A DNA stretch of 64,000 bases from an uncultured Actinomycetota bacterium (GCA_964616545.1 CAZTUA010000027.1:75370-139369), one strand, 5' to 3'. Shown: positions 10,255 to 20,323, counted from the stretch's first letter. Notes: generated from the sequence alone by a model not told the origin. Numbers and translations are program-made.

Positions 10255-10285
10255 ACTAAAAAAAATTAAAAGAAGGAGGGAAAAT

Positions 10286-10804
10286 ATGGTTTTCTCAGGC
10301 AGGGAGTCAGATGAGAAAGGCATCACAGAGGAACCGAGAACATTGCTTACCATCGTGGGAAATAAGGCAAAAGTAGAAGGCAAGTTAGACATATCTCAAT
10401 CCATAGAGATTGCATGCGACGTGGTAGGTGAATTAAATGTTGACGGTCAGATGGTTATTCAGAAAGAAGGTTCCGTTAGTGCAGATGTCACAACTATTGA
10501 TGCAAAGATAATAGGAAATTTTGAAGGGAACCTGAAGGGTACCGGTAAAGTTGAAATCACTGATACCGGCGTAGTGAATGGTAACATAAAAACAGATTCA
10601 CTGATTATAAACGAAGGCGGTATCTTTAGCGGTAAGGTGACAAGAATAACCCAGGAAGAGAGTAAAGGCAAAAAGAAGGCAAAATACAGATTAAAAGAAG
10701 AAGGTGCCAGAGGCAAGGAAGCCGGAAAGGGAGAAAAAACAGTAGAAGAAGAAACAGGGGAAGAATTCCAGCTTGGTGACGTAGAAGATGATATGAAGCT
10801 GTAA
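10286..10804 (+). CDS. bactofilin (DUF583) with K/E-rich C-terminal tail
   Basis: Repetitive beta-helical G-x-V/I repeats (VEGKLDIS..., GNFEGNLKG..., GNIKTDSLIINEGGIFSGKV). Strong AGGAGG RBS. Confidence 0.75.
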   Translation: MVFSGRESDEKGITEEPRTLLTIVGNKAKVEGKLDISQSIEIACDVVGELNVDGQMVIQKEGSVSADVTTIDAKIIGNFEGNLKGTGKVEITDTGVVNGNIKTDSLIINEGGIFSGKVTRITQEESKGKKKAKYRLKEEGARGKEAGKGEKTVEEETGEEFQLGDVEDDMKL

Positions 10805-10842
10805 CCTTCGATAAAAAAATATAATTTATCCAGGTCTGGATT

Positions 10843-11337
10843 CTAATATTTTAATATTCTCGTGGGTTTTACTTTAATGCTGGAAATTGTATTTTTGCTG
10901 TTTTTATTAAATATTTCCTTATTATCGGTGATAACATTTCTGCCACTGAAAAGGCCTCCTGTCTCTATTGTGACAAAGGGCTTTAATTGAATCACATTGC
11001 CTGATAACCTGCCGGAAGAAGTGATTTTCGCTTCTCCTGATACAATAATGTTGCCCGTAAAATCACCCTCTACAACTATGTTGCTTGCTCTGATATTAGC
11101 TTTCACCCTGCCCCCTCTTCCGATCACAACCTCTTTTTTAGAAATAACCTCTCCTGTTACAGCGCCATCAATTTTTATGGGCACGGGGGAATAAATCTTA
11201 CCCTCTATACCTGTTTCGGCAGAGATAATACTATTATAATCATCATCGCCGTCTTTTTTATCTTTGTCTTTTTTACTAAAAAATATCTTTAATTTTTTGC
11301 CCTGCAAAATAACTGATTTCATTAAATTCTTTTTCAT
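10843..11337 (-). CDS. bactofilin (DUF583), second copy, convergent to the first
   Basis: IEGKIYSP..., GDFTGNIIVSGEAKITSSGRLSGNV beta-helix repeats; K/D-rich N-terminal region. Confidence 0.7.
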   Translation of the reverse strand: MKKNLMKSVILQGKKLKIFFSKKDKDKKDGDDDYNSIISAETGIEGKIYSPVPIKIDGAVTGEVISKKEVVIGRGGRVKANIRASNIVVEGDFTGNIIVSGEAKITSSGRLSGNVIQLKPFVTIETGGLFSGRNVITDNKEIFNKNSKNTISSIKVKPTRILKY

Positions 11338-11609
11338 TTTCTACCTTTTTATGGTTTAAAAATAGCGCCAGGCTGTATAATCTGGTATTTTTTTTACATT
11401 ATCATAATTATATATTTTCTGCTGCAAAAATCCATGATCGAATCCAGAAAAGCTGTCAGGTAACTGCAATCCAGGGAAAGTCCATATAATACATAACTTT
11501 TTCCATATTCTTATAACATTCTCAAATTATGTATTGACATATATTTTTCAATCCCTATCATTAATTTTTAATTTGACTTCTGAAAATCGGTATAGAAAGC
11601 TGATAATAC

Positions 11610-12479
11610 ATGTGTGATCTCTGTATGAAACATGGTGCCGGAGGGAAATGGTACCTTAACGCAGAACATTACTCTGATAAAATAGTTCAGGAGTATAATC
11701 TCCGGGATTATCTTCTTGAACAATACAAGAATTTTGAACAGATCTCCATAAGAAAAGTCAACGGGTTCTCCGGAGCCGGGCTTGGCTATAAGCTCCGTAT
11801 CCCCATTATCGGAAGAATGGTCAGGAGGATTGCAGAAAATATGCTCCACAGTGAAAAGCCTCCTAAAAATCCCCTGCGGGCAGAGGGTCACATAGGCCAG
11901 GTTGTCCCCCTTGAAGATGCCATAGCAATTATAGAGAACTGCGCCGCAGAGCCCCTGATCGAGAAAAACTGCATGTGCCGCTATATGAGCCGCGGCATAA
12001 AAGAAGCGTGCTGCATCAATTTCGGCGTAATGTCTGAAATAATCGAAAAGCTTCCCAGATTTATACCTGATAAGGATAAGTTTCACATAACCAGAAAAGA
12101 AGCCATAGATAGATTTACAGAACATAACAGAAAGGGCTACATTGGTACAATATGGTTCGGTCCCTTCCCTTATATAAATAATCTCTGTTCCTGTGAAAAT
12201 CCTGAATGTGCCGGGATAAGGCCAAGGATTGAATTCGGGATAAATTCAATTTATAAGGCTGAATATATAATACAGCTTGACCCGCAGAAGTGCAGCTACT
12301 GCGGGAGATGTGTCAGCCAGTGTCCCTTTGGAGCTATCAGTGTAGACAGGGTCCGTAAAACAGTAAGGATTGATTTAGAAAAATGCTTTGGCTGCGGGGT
12401 TTGCAGGCATGTCTGTCCGGGCGGGGCGCTCTATCTGGCGCCAAGGGACCTCGTGCCGGAAGTTCGCGGGAAATATTAA
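11610..12479 (+). CDS. uncharacterized Cys-rich Fe-S protein with C-terminal 2x[4Fe-4S] ferredoxin domain
   Basis: Two CxxCxxCxxxCP motifs in the C-terminal 70 aa. The N-terminal 200 aa carry unusual Cys clusters (CDLC, CMC, CC, CSCENPEC) of no recognised family. Confidence 0.55.
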   Translation: MCDLCMKHGAGGKWYLNAEHYSDKIVQEYNLRDYLLEQYKNFEQISIRKVNGFSGAGLGYKLRIPIIGRMVRRIAENMLHSEKPPKNPLRAEGHIGQVVPLEDAIAIIENCAAEPLIEKNCMCRYMSRGIKEACCINFGVMSEIIEKLPRFIPDKDKFHITRKEAIDRFTEHNRKGYIGTIWFGPFPYINNLCSCENPECAGIRPRIEFGINSIYKAEYIIQLDPQKCSYCGRCVSQCPFGAISVDRVRKTVRIDLEKCFGCGVCRHVCPGGALYLAPRDLVPEVRGKY

Positions 12480-12502
12480 AGAACATAAAGAAGAATTTAT
12501 TT

Positions 12503-12757
12503 ATGTTTAAGAAAAAAAAGATTACCATTGATTATTCAATATGCGGAGACGGCAGCAGAATTGATCCCAGGAATTGCGCCAGGTGCATGCGGGCATGCAA
12601 ACCGGCAGTTTTCCTGCTTCACCAGACTATCGGGGCAGAAGAAGACAATTCTTTTGACCCGCAGAAATGGAGGGTAACGCCCCTGTGGCCTTCTCTGTGT
12701 ACAGGCTGCATGCAGTGTGTTGAGGTATGCCCGGAGAATGCAATTAAGGTAAGATAA
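12503..12757 (+). CDS. small 4Fe-4S ferredoxin-like protein (84 aa)
   Basis: CTGCMQCVEVCP canonical motif plus an atypical C-x10-CxxCxxxCKP. Start trimmed to the ATG at 12503; the tool's upstream M at 12383 overlaps the previous gene. Confidence 0.5.
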   Translation: MFKKKKITIDYSICGDGSRIDPRNCARCMRACKPAVFLLHQTIGAEEDNSFDPQKWRVTPLWPSLCTGCMQCVEVCPENAIKVR

Positions 12758-12899
12758 TCAGCAGCATGTGCGGCCATTAAAGAATATTTTATAAACCTTT
12801 TAAAGGCAGGTAAAGCTGGAGCCGGTAAAAACAAGAGATGACAAAAAATATTTAAGTGCTGGTAACCGTACTGGCTCGGCCGATTTTAAAAACTGTCTT

Positions 12900-13877
12900 G
12901 TGATAGGAGGAGCGGGGCTTCTGGGCTATGAAATAGCCAGCCAGCTCCATGAGCAGGGTAAATACGTGAGGATACTGGACCCTGTCTCTGCTCATGACAG
13001 CCGTTTTGAGGAGCATACAGGCGATATAAGGTATCATAATGATCTCAGGAAAGCATGCAGCGTAATGGATATAGTGTTCCAGACCGCAGCCGCAGTGTGG
13101 GACCCAAAAATGCCGCCGCATGTTTATGATGAAGTAAATATCGAAGGAAATGCCAGTGTTATAAATACCTGCATTGCACAGGGCATAAAAAAACTCGTAT
13201 ACACCAGTACAATGGATGTGGTGGTTGACGGCAGAAAGCCCATTGTTGATGGAAACGAATCACTTCCTTACCCTGAAAAAATGCCGGCCGACCCTTACTG
13301 CAGAACAAAAATAATTGCCGAACAGATGGTACTGAAAGCAAACTGCCCGCAGCTTCTTACCTGTTCACTGAGACCTGTAGGAATGTACGGTCCCAGGGAT
13401 AAATACCATATTACAAATATTATAAAAGCTGTTTCAAACGGCATAAATATCAGGCCTGGCAACGGTACGGCTAAGTTCAGCCACGTTTACTCTGGAAACG
13501 CTGCTCATGCGCACATACTTGCAGCAAAGCACCTCTATCACGGAAGCCCTGTTGCAGGAAATACCTATTTTATAACAGACGACTACCCTGCCGAGAATCT
13601 TTTTGATTTTATGGAACCGTTCCTTGCAGGCCTGGGTCTGGAACCGCCCAAAAAATCCATCCCTTACCATCTTGCATACTTTTTAAGCTCTATAAATGAA
13701 AAGATAAACCCTTCTTCAAATTTTAACAGGTTTGCAATTATCCAGACCTGCGTGGACCACACTTTTGTAAGCAGCAGAGCAGAACAGGATTTTGGATACA
13801 GGCCGCCGGTTCCAAGAGAAGAAGCCTTCAAGAAAACACTCGACTGGTTTTTAAAAAACATAGATAACATTTTATAG
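12900..13877 (+). CDS. NAD(P)-dependent epimerase/dehydratase of the 3-beta-hydroxysteroid dehydrogenase/isomerase family
   Basis: Rossmann GGAGLLG loop and catalytic YxxxK (YCRTK). The annotated GTG start sits inside the beta1-strand sequence; see findings. Confidence 0.75.
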   Translation: MIGGAGLLGYEIASQLHEQGKYVRILDPVSAHDSRFEEHTGDIRYHNDLRKACSVMDIVFQTAAAVWDPKMPPHVYDEVNIEGNASVINTCIAQGIKKLVYTSTMDVVVDGRKPIVDGNESLPYPEKMPADPYCRTKIIAEQMVLKANCPQLLTCSLRPVGMYGPRDKYHITNIIKAVSNGINIRPGNGTAKFSHVYSGNAAHAHILAAKHLYHGSPVAGNTYFITDDYPAENLFDFMEPFLAGLGLEPPKKSIPYHLAYFLSSINEKINPSSNFNRFAIIQTCVDHTFVSSRAEQDFGYRPPVPREEAFKKTLDWFLKNIDNIL

Positions 13878-14048
13878 TTTTAATCAAAACCCCGGGATTA
13901 ATTTTTGCCTGTAGTGACCCTCTTTCCACTTCGCAGGTCCCCGGGTAACAGCATTGTCTTATTTTATGGTTTTATTTACCGGTAATTTAAATTATAATGT
14001 TAAAAATTTATTGCTAAAAATATTTAACATGAAATGAGGTAACTTAAA

Positions 14049-15191
14049 TTGGAGCCAACTAAAAAAAATGCAAAAGGACTTAAGATAATAAGCATAATAA
14101 CTGCAGCAATTATTTTCTCTTTTTTAATGACTGCCGGACTTTCAGGATGCAAATCCGCTGAACCTGAGGCAGATAGAGATACAATTTCTGAAACAGATCA
14201 GGGTGAAGCAGTCGATGAGTCCGGAGAGGAAGCACCCCCTGAAGAAACAGAAGCTACAGACATTATAACTGATAATATTAATATGCTAAGCGGTCTGGAA
14301 TTGACCGCTTCGGTACAGAACCACAGACCCCTTGCGATTATGGTACAGAATAGCCCCCAGGCAAGGCCGCATTCCGGGCTGATATATGCGGATATGGTTT
14401 TTGAGGCAGTGGCAGAAGCCGGGGTTACAAGGTTTGTTACATTATTTTCATCAAATGATGCAGATATAATAGGACCCGTAAGAAGCGCAAGAATATATTT
14501 TGCAGAAATAGCCAGAAGTTTTGACCCTGTATATACATTCTGGGGAACATATCCAGAAGGTTACACCGCAATAAAGGCAATGGATATGGATGTTTTAGAT
14601 GCAAACAGCGACGCATATGTCCCCCACACCACTGCCGGCTGGAGGGACCATAGCAGGAGTGATTTTCTTGAACATACAGCTTTCATTGATACCTACGGGA
14701 TAAAAAAAGATGCTGAAAAATTCGGATATTCCCTTGAGGGTGGACAATCACCGATGGCATTCAAGGTAGATGCAGAAGACCCCATGAGGGGAGATATTAC
14801 AGAGATTACAGTGGATTTTTCAACCACCTCATACAGGGCTGATTTTTCATATGAGGTTGATGCCAATAAGTATCTCAGGTCTCTTGCAGGAGAGCCTCAT
14901 ACCGATTATGAGACAGGGCAGCAGATAAGTCTTAATAATGTAGTAGTACTGATTACCGATATTGACGGTCCGCTGGACAGTTCGGGACATATGATGATAA
15001 GGACAACAGGAACTCACTCAAACGGCAGAGCATTTTATTTTATGGACGGCAGTGTAATTGAAGGCACCTGGGGACGGGACAGCATATTTGACCCATTTGA
15101 GTTTAATGACCAAAATGGAGAGCAGATTCTCTTTAACAGAGGATCCACCTGGGTATGTGTAATAGGTAACACAGAGCAGCTGACATACTAA
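14049..15191 (+). CDS. DUF3048 (YerB-like) lipoprotein with acidic linker
   Basis: TTG start with GAGGT RBS, lipobox LSGC, and D/E-rich linker. Two regions resembling the DUF3048 N- and C-terminal domains. Confidence 0.6.
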   Translation: MEPTKKNAKGLKIISIITAAIIFSFLMTAGLSGCKSAEPEADRDTISETDQGEAVDESGEEAPPEETEATDIITDNINMLSGLELTASVQNHRPLAIMVQNSPQARPHSGLIYADMVFEAVAEAGVTRFVTLFSSNDADIIGPVRSARIYFAEIARSFDPVYTFWGTYPEGYTAIKAMDMDVLDANSDAYVPHTTAGWRDHSRSDFLEHTAFIDTYGIKKDAEKFGYSLEGGQSPMAFKVDAEDPMRGDITEITVDFSTTSYRADFSYEVDANKYLRSLAGEPHTDYETGQQISLNNVVVLITDIDGPLDSSGHMMIRTTGTHSNGRAFYFMDGSVIEGTWGRDSIFDPFEFNDQNGEQILFNRGSTWVCVIGNTEQLTY

Positions 15192-15248
15192 TATCAAACA
15201 TGGCAATTATATTCTATACTAAAATTTAAAACTGGCCGGAGGCATCCC

Positions 15249-15995
15249 ATGGATATCTGGAAATATTATAATATTACGCATAAGAAGCACATAATCTGCA
15301 ACCCCATGAATGTAAAAAAACTGGAAGGATTATTTTTACTGCTTGATTTAAAGGAGGACTGCAGAGTCCTTGATATCGGCTGCGGTAAAGGAGAGCCGCT
15401 GGTAAGGCTTGCTGGGCTTTTCGGTATTTCAGGTATCGGCGTTGATATTTCACCCTATTTTATAAAAGACTGCCGGAAGAAAAAGAATGAAAGAATTCCC
15501 GGCTCCGATGTCAGCTTCCTGGAAATGGATGGCGCGGAGTATAAACCTGAAGAAAATGAGTTATTCAACCTTACTATGTGTCTCGGTGCAAGTTTTGCTT
15601 ATCAGGGATTTACAGGAACAATAGATGCACTAAAGAAAATGACAGAACCGGATGGCATGATAATTATAGGAGAGCCATACTGGATTAAGGAACCGGATAA
15701 TGAATATCTTAAAATGAGTGAAATAAAAAAAGAAGAATTCAATACCCATTATAAGAATATAGATGTTGCTGAAAATAAAGGGCTGAAGTGTATATACACA
15801 CTTGTAAGCAATCGTGATGACTGGGACCATTATGAAACCCTGCAGTGGTGGTCGGCATACGATTATGTATCCAGAAATCCCGATGACCCGGATAATCCAG
15901 AGCTGTTAAGCATGATAGAAAAATCAAAGAAGGAATATCTCATGTACGGCAGGGATACACTTGGATGGGCAATATATGTTTTTAAAAGACAGTAA
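15249..15995 (+). CDS. class I SAM-dependent methyltransferase
   Basis: VLDIGCGKGE SAM-binding motif I. Confidence 0.65.
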   Translation: MDIWKYYNITHKKHIICNPMNVKKLEGLFLLLDLKEDCRVLDIGCGKGEPLVRLAGLFGISGIGVDISPYFIKDCRKKKNERIPGSDVSFLEMDGAEYKPEENELFNLTMCLGASFAYQGFTGTIDALKKMTEPDGMIIIGEPYWIKEPDNEYLKMSEIKKEEFNTHYKNIDVAENKGLKCIYTLVSNRDDWDHYETLQWWSAYDYVSRNPDDPDNPELLSMIEKSKKEYLMYGRDTLGWAIYVFKRQ

Positions 15996-16187
15996 AAGCT
16001 GGCTTAACTGGCAAATCCAGGTTTAAAACATACTATTATTTCAGATGGGGTCTGAATATCTTTCCCGGGCTGGCTTCTTTTATTATCCTTCACTCTGTCT
16101 TTATTGATTTATTTAAGAATCCTTTTTTGTGGCTTACCAGGAGCAGTACACAGGGACAATCTGCAGGAGCCTCCTCCAGACATTTGC

Positions 16188-16916
16188 TTATACTTCCCTT
16201 CCAGGCTGCAGTAATCTTATGGCAATCATTACCAGCCATATCATTAAAAGTAAACCTGAAGCAGCCGCAATAATAATAAGAAGGACTGTTGCCGATGGTA
16301 GAAATACTACCCTGGCGTAATCCAGCAATGAAATTGTAAAAGTTAAAATTCCAACACAGGCGATTTTTTTACTGAATGTTTCACTTCGCAGCATAATAAC
16401 TGATATTATCAAACCGGCGATTGCCACCAGGAAGAATCCTGTATTAAAACCTCCAAATGCACGCTGGCCTGTATTTGTAATTATTATCTGGCCTGCTGCC
16501 AGATACAGGTTCTTCTGCGCATCTGTTGTTGCAGCTGTGTACTGGTTGCTCAGTAAAAGCATGGAAAATGGGTTATTCGTTGCGATAAATACAGCCACTC
16601 CTGTTAAAACGATAACCAGTGCAAGTGCCATGTAACCCTCATTAACCCGCTTTATTGCCACATAGATGGCAAGAAATACCGGTATAAAAAGAATATAAGC
16701 AAAAAATTCCAGGAGATAGAAATCAATCAGTCCAATCAACCTGTTATTTTGAAATAATACAAAGTAACCATCAGCAGTATCCGGCTGTGGCCATACAGAA
16801 AAGACCGAAATCTCTGCCAGAAGCAATACTGCTGCTATAATAGCAGCTACTCCACCTGCTCTGTAGAGACCCTTCCGCCGTGATTCTGCGATTCTCCTGC
16901 TAATATTTTTGCCCAT
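16188..16916 (-). CDS. polytopic membrane protein (DUF4386-like)
   Basis: Six predicted TM helices; family call is tentative. Confidence 0.4.
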   Translation of the reverse strand: MGKNISRRIAESRRKGLYRAGGVAAIIAAVLLLAEISVFSVWPQPDTADGYFVLFQNNRLIGLIDFYLLEFFAYILFIPVFLAIYVAIKRVNEGYMALALVIVLTGVAVFIATNNPFSMLLLSNQYTAATTDAQKNLYLAAGQIIITNTGQRAFGGFNTGFFLVAIAGLIISVIMLRSETFSKKIACVGILTFTISLLDYARVVFLPSATVLLIIIAAASGLLLMIWLVMIAIRLLQPGREV

Positions 16917-16931
16917 CTTATCTAAAAATTT

Positions 16932-17504
16932 TTAATTATATATTTTCTTTTTTCTTCTGCTGCGCCTGACCAGCAGTATAATTACAACAGCAACTACTAT
17001 GACAAACAAACAGGCAGCAACAACCGGCACAATTATTGAAAGAATGGATGCTGTACCGGAGGTTACATCTTCGGCAATACTCACCGGGACATTGGCAGTT
17101 CCGCCTGTAGTAGCTGTAACGGCAGGGCGTATTGCAAATGATTTAACCGCGCTCACACTGCCCGAAACCAGCAATCCGGCAATAATGGCAAGAACTGTAT
17201 TTACATGTGCAATATTAGATACACTGGCTGCAAAAACAATGGCACCTGCAGTAGGCCGTACAAAGCTCTGCACTATATCATTAATATGATTTACCGCAGT
17301 AATTTTATCGGCCAGTATTTCAATTACCGAGAGAAAGATTAATGTGCCAATCACCCACCAGGAAGTCATAGCATCCCAGGGTGAACTGAGTTTTATCAGG
17401 TCCGTATATTTTGCAAGCAGTGAAACTACCAGCAGAGGGATATAGGCATTCAACCCGGCGCTGGCCGAGAGTCCGAATGCCGAAATAACACTGTAAATCT
17501 CCAT
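16932..17504 (-). CDS. DUF4126 family membrane protein
   Basis: Hydrophobic protein with a C-terminal RRSRRKKK tail; tentative family. Confidence 0.45.
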   Translation of the reverse strand: MEIYSVISAFGLSASAGLNAYIPLLVVSLLAKYTDLIKLSSPWDAMTSWWVIGTLIFLSVIEILADKITAVNHINDIVQSFVRPTAGAIVFAASVSNIAHVNTVLAIIAGLLVSGSVSAVKSFAIRPAVTATTGGTANVPVSIAEDVTSGTASILSIIVPVVAACLFVIVVAVVIILLVRRSRRKKKIYN

Positions 17505-17575
17505 CTTTTTTAATATTTTATATAATTAGCTTTTAGTTGAATTTTATCATTCTATAAAATATGTATTTTAATTAT

Positions 17576-18424
17576 CTATTCCTGAAAAAAAGAAACGCTT
17601 AACCCCCCTATGCCCAGATGGGAGCCCACTACTATGCCTATCTTTGTCCTGTAAACTTCAGAAGGATTAAATCTATCTCTTATAATCTTCTCTAATTCAC
17701 TGGCTTCCTCATCAGATGCAACATCACCTATGGACACAGTCAGTCTACCTTCTTTTTTTATTAATCTCTCCATTGAATTGAGCATCTCTTTTTTAGCCTG
17801 CTCCCATTTCGGGGTGCTTCTGTACAGGCTTACTTCTCCGTCTTTTAAGGTAAGTATGGGTTTTACTTCCAGAAGATTGGCAAAAGCGGCCCTTATCTTG
17901 CTTATCCGTCCTCCTTTTATTAAATTATCAAGGGACTTTGGAATAAAGAATGAATTTATTTTCCCCCTGAAATTATCCAGCTCCTTTATTATATCAGCTG
18001 CACTATAATTTTGTTTTGCCAGACATGAAGCTTTTATGGCCATAAATCCGCAGGGCATGTGAACAAGACGTGAGTCAATTACGTAAATATTTTTATCGTC
18101 AAACTGTTTTCTAGCAAGTTCTGCTGAATTAATGGTACCGGATAGCTTTCTTGATATATGCAGGGATATTATTTCCTTTTTCTCCTCCAGTAATCTGGAG
18201 TAGGTTTTTAAGAAATCACCCGGGCTGGGCGTTGCAGCTTTTGGCATCTGGCTTGATTTTTCCATCATTTTATAAAAATCATCCTGCTTTATGCTTTTTC
18301 CATCATCAGTGTACATTTTATCTTCAAATGCAACAGAAAGCGGAACCACTTTTATATCATGTTTATTACAGGCGCTTCCCGGCAGATCAGAAGTACTGTC
18401 AGTAACAACCGCTATATCATTCAC
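17576..18424 (-). CDS. degV: DegV family fatty-acid-binding protein (second paralog)
   Basis: IAVVTDSTSD N-terminus; DegV length. Confidence 0.8.
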   Translation of the reverse strand: MNDIAVVTDSTSDLPGSACNKHDIKVVPLSVAFEDKMYTDDGKSIKQDDFYKMMEKSSQMPKAATPSPGDFLKTYSRLLEEKKEIISLHISRKLSGTINSAELARKQFDDKNIYVIDSRLVHMPCGFMAIKASCLAKQNYSAADIIKELDNFRGKINSFFIPKSLDNLIKGGRISKIRAAFANLLEVKPILTLKDGEVSLYRSTPKWEQAKKEMLNSMERLIKKEGRLTVSIGDVASDEEASELEKIIRDRFNPSEVYRTKIGIVVGSHLGIGGLSVSFFQE

Positions 18425-18847
18425 AATTATCCTCCAGGTCAGGTAATATATTAAAATAAGCCAGCATTTAAAAAACTGCCCGGTTTAATATATTTATTTA
18501 TATAAATAATCAAACAACCACATTAAAAATATGCATCCAGAGCTTCTGGCAGTAAAACTGTATTACAATTATATAATAATATTATTATATATCCATTTAT
18601 AATGAAGATTAATGCAGATACTTTAAAATTATTTTTCCAATTTCCCCTCATAGAGATTGCAGCATTTTTATTCTGGCAGCGGCTACCGCTGTATATCATG
18701 CCAATAAAAGCAGATTGCTTAAGCTAAAAGAGCTGAATGTCATCACTGCATATTAAAACCATTTTTACTTTATGGGGAAATAATATAAAATAATCATAAT
18801 TTGTATAAATACTTTAAATAAAAAATTGCAGGTGAGATATTAATTTT

Positions 18848-20323
18848 ATGGAACTGGAAAGTAAAAAATACTGGCTTCTTCTTTACGGGTTAATAATCGG
18901 AGTATCATTTGACATCCTTTTCTATGATAAGACTCTGGGTATCTCTTATTTGATTTTTACCATCCTGATTCTACTTATGTTTCCTCTATGTTTCCGGGAT
19001 TCTTTAAAAAAATTAAATAATTTAATGTGGTTATTTGCAATCCCTGCATTACTGCTTGCTGCCACTTTCTTTGTTCACTCCAATCAGGTGCTAAAGATTT
19101 TAAATTATCTAATCGTTCCCGTCTTAATAATGATGTTCAGCACCCTGGTTTCAGAGGTAAATAAATCAGACTGGTCGGATATAAGATTTATCGGAGATAT
19201 TGCTAAAAGAATTTTTGTGCCTTTTGGATTCATACATAAACCATTTCTGGCATTATCCAGGATAGATGTCCCCGGAAGCAAAGGAGGCAGGAGCAGAGTC
19301 TTTCCAAAAGTACTGCTGGGCATATTGATTTCAGTTCCGATACTGGCACTTATTATATGGCTTCTCTCATCTGCAGATATTGTATTTAAGGACCTTTTTT
19401 TAAATATCCCTACCTCTAAAATAATAAAGCATTTTCTGGTAATAATCATAGTTTCGGTTTACGCAACCTGTTTTTTCTGGGCCCTCGCGAAGGCTTTTGA
19501 TGAAAGAGAGCAGCAGACTAAATACAGTAAAATAAAATGGAAACTGTTTTTTGACCCAGTAATTTTGGTTACCATACTGGTTTTAATAAATGTAATTTAT
19601 GCCATATTCTCTGTTATTCAATTTGCATATCTTTTCGGCGGAAGTTCATTTGTCCTTCCTTCTTCCTACACTTATGCAGAATACGCAAGGAGAGGTTTTT
19701 TTGAACTGGTTGTTGTTTCAATCATTAATTTCGGGATTTTACTTTTCGGTATAACATTTGTAAAAAAAGATAATAAAAAAATATTCACTGCCATAAGAAT
19801 CCTTCTTACCCTCCTTGTAATTTTTACCCTAATTCTGCTGGTGTCGGCATTTTACAGAATGCTTGTCTATGAGCAGGCCTACGGGTTTACATACCTCAGG
19901 ATATTTGTCCAGACCTTTATGATAATGCTGTTTTTTATCTTTATTGCCAGTATTATCTATATCTGGCATTTGAATTTCCCTGTTATTAAATCTTATTTTA
20001 TAATCGCGCTTGCTATCTATATAATAATGAACTTCGCAAATGTAGACGTCATAATAGCGGAAAATAATATTGACCGTTATTTTGATTCCGGGCAGATTGA
20101 TATGCATTATTTAAAGGGCCTGTCCTACGACGCTATACCCGGGATGCAGAAACTTTTAACATCAGACAGTTATCCCTCAGAATCAGAGAAAAAACAGATA
20201 TCCGAAGAAATACTGGAATATTTTAAGCAAAAAAAATCTGAACTTGAAAGCCAGAAAAGCTGGCAGAGTTTTAATATTTCAAAATACAGAGCTGAAAAAA
20301 TAATAGATAAATATATTGATTAA
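18848..20323 (+). CDS. large polytopic membrane protein (DUF4173/DUF4153-like) with charged cytoplasmic C-terminal tail
   Basis: More than 10 TM helices over 430 aa, then a K/E-rich tail. AT-rich gene. Confidence 0.45.
   Translation: MELESKKYWLLLYGLIIGVSFDILFYDKTLGISYLIFTILILLMFPLCFRDSLKKLNNLMWLFAIPALLLAATFFVHSNQVLKILNYLIVPVLIMMFSTLVSEVNKSDWSDIRFIGDIAKRIFVPFGFIHKPFLALSRIDVPGSKGGRSRVFPKVLLGILISVPILALIIWLLSSADIVFKDLFLNIPTSKIIKHFLVIIIVSVYATCFFWALAKAFDEREQQTKYSKIKWKLFFDPVILVTILVLINVIYAIFSVIQFAYLFGGSSFVLPSSYTYAEYARRGFFELVVVSIINFGILLFGITFVKKDNKKIFTAIRILLTLLVIFTLILLVSAFYRMLVYEQAYGFTYLRIFVQTFMIMLFFIFIASIIYIWHLNFPVIKSYFIIALAIYIIMNFANVDVIIAENNIDRYFDSGQIDMHYLKGLSYDAIPGMQKLLTSDSYPSESEKKQISEEILEYFKQKKSELESQKSWQSFNISKYRAEKIIDKYID

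Noticed and set aside
12383-12502. Upstream start at 12383 for the small ferredoxin ORF
   Set aside because: It would overlap the end of the preceding Fe-S gene by about 100 bp and encodes an R/G-rich non-domain stretch. The ATG at 12503 directly precedes the Cys-cluster domain.
13878-14048. Possible terminator after the epimerase gene (two CCCGGG sites about 40 nt apart)
   Set aside because: Only a 6-bp palindromic pairing with a roughly 37-nt loop and no clear U-tract; too weak to call.
16000-16187. Direct repeat GCTGGCTT (16004 and 16067) and small hairpin TCAGA-TGGGG-TCTGA between convergent genes
   Set aside because: Short, low-information repeats; they may contribute to a bidirectional terminator but are not convincing alone.
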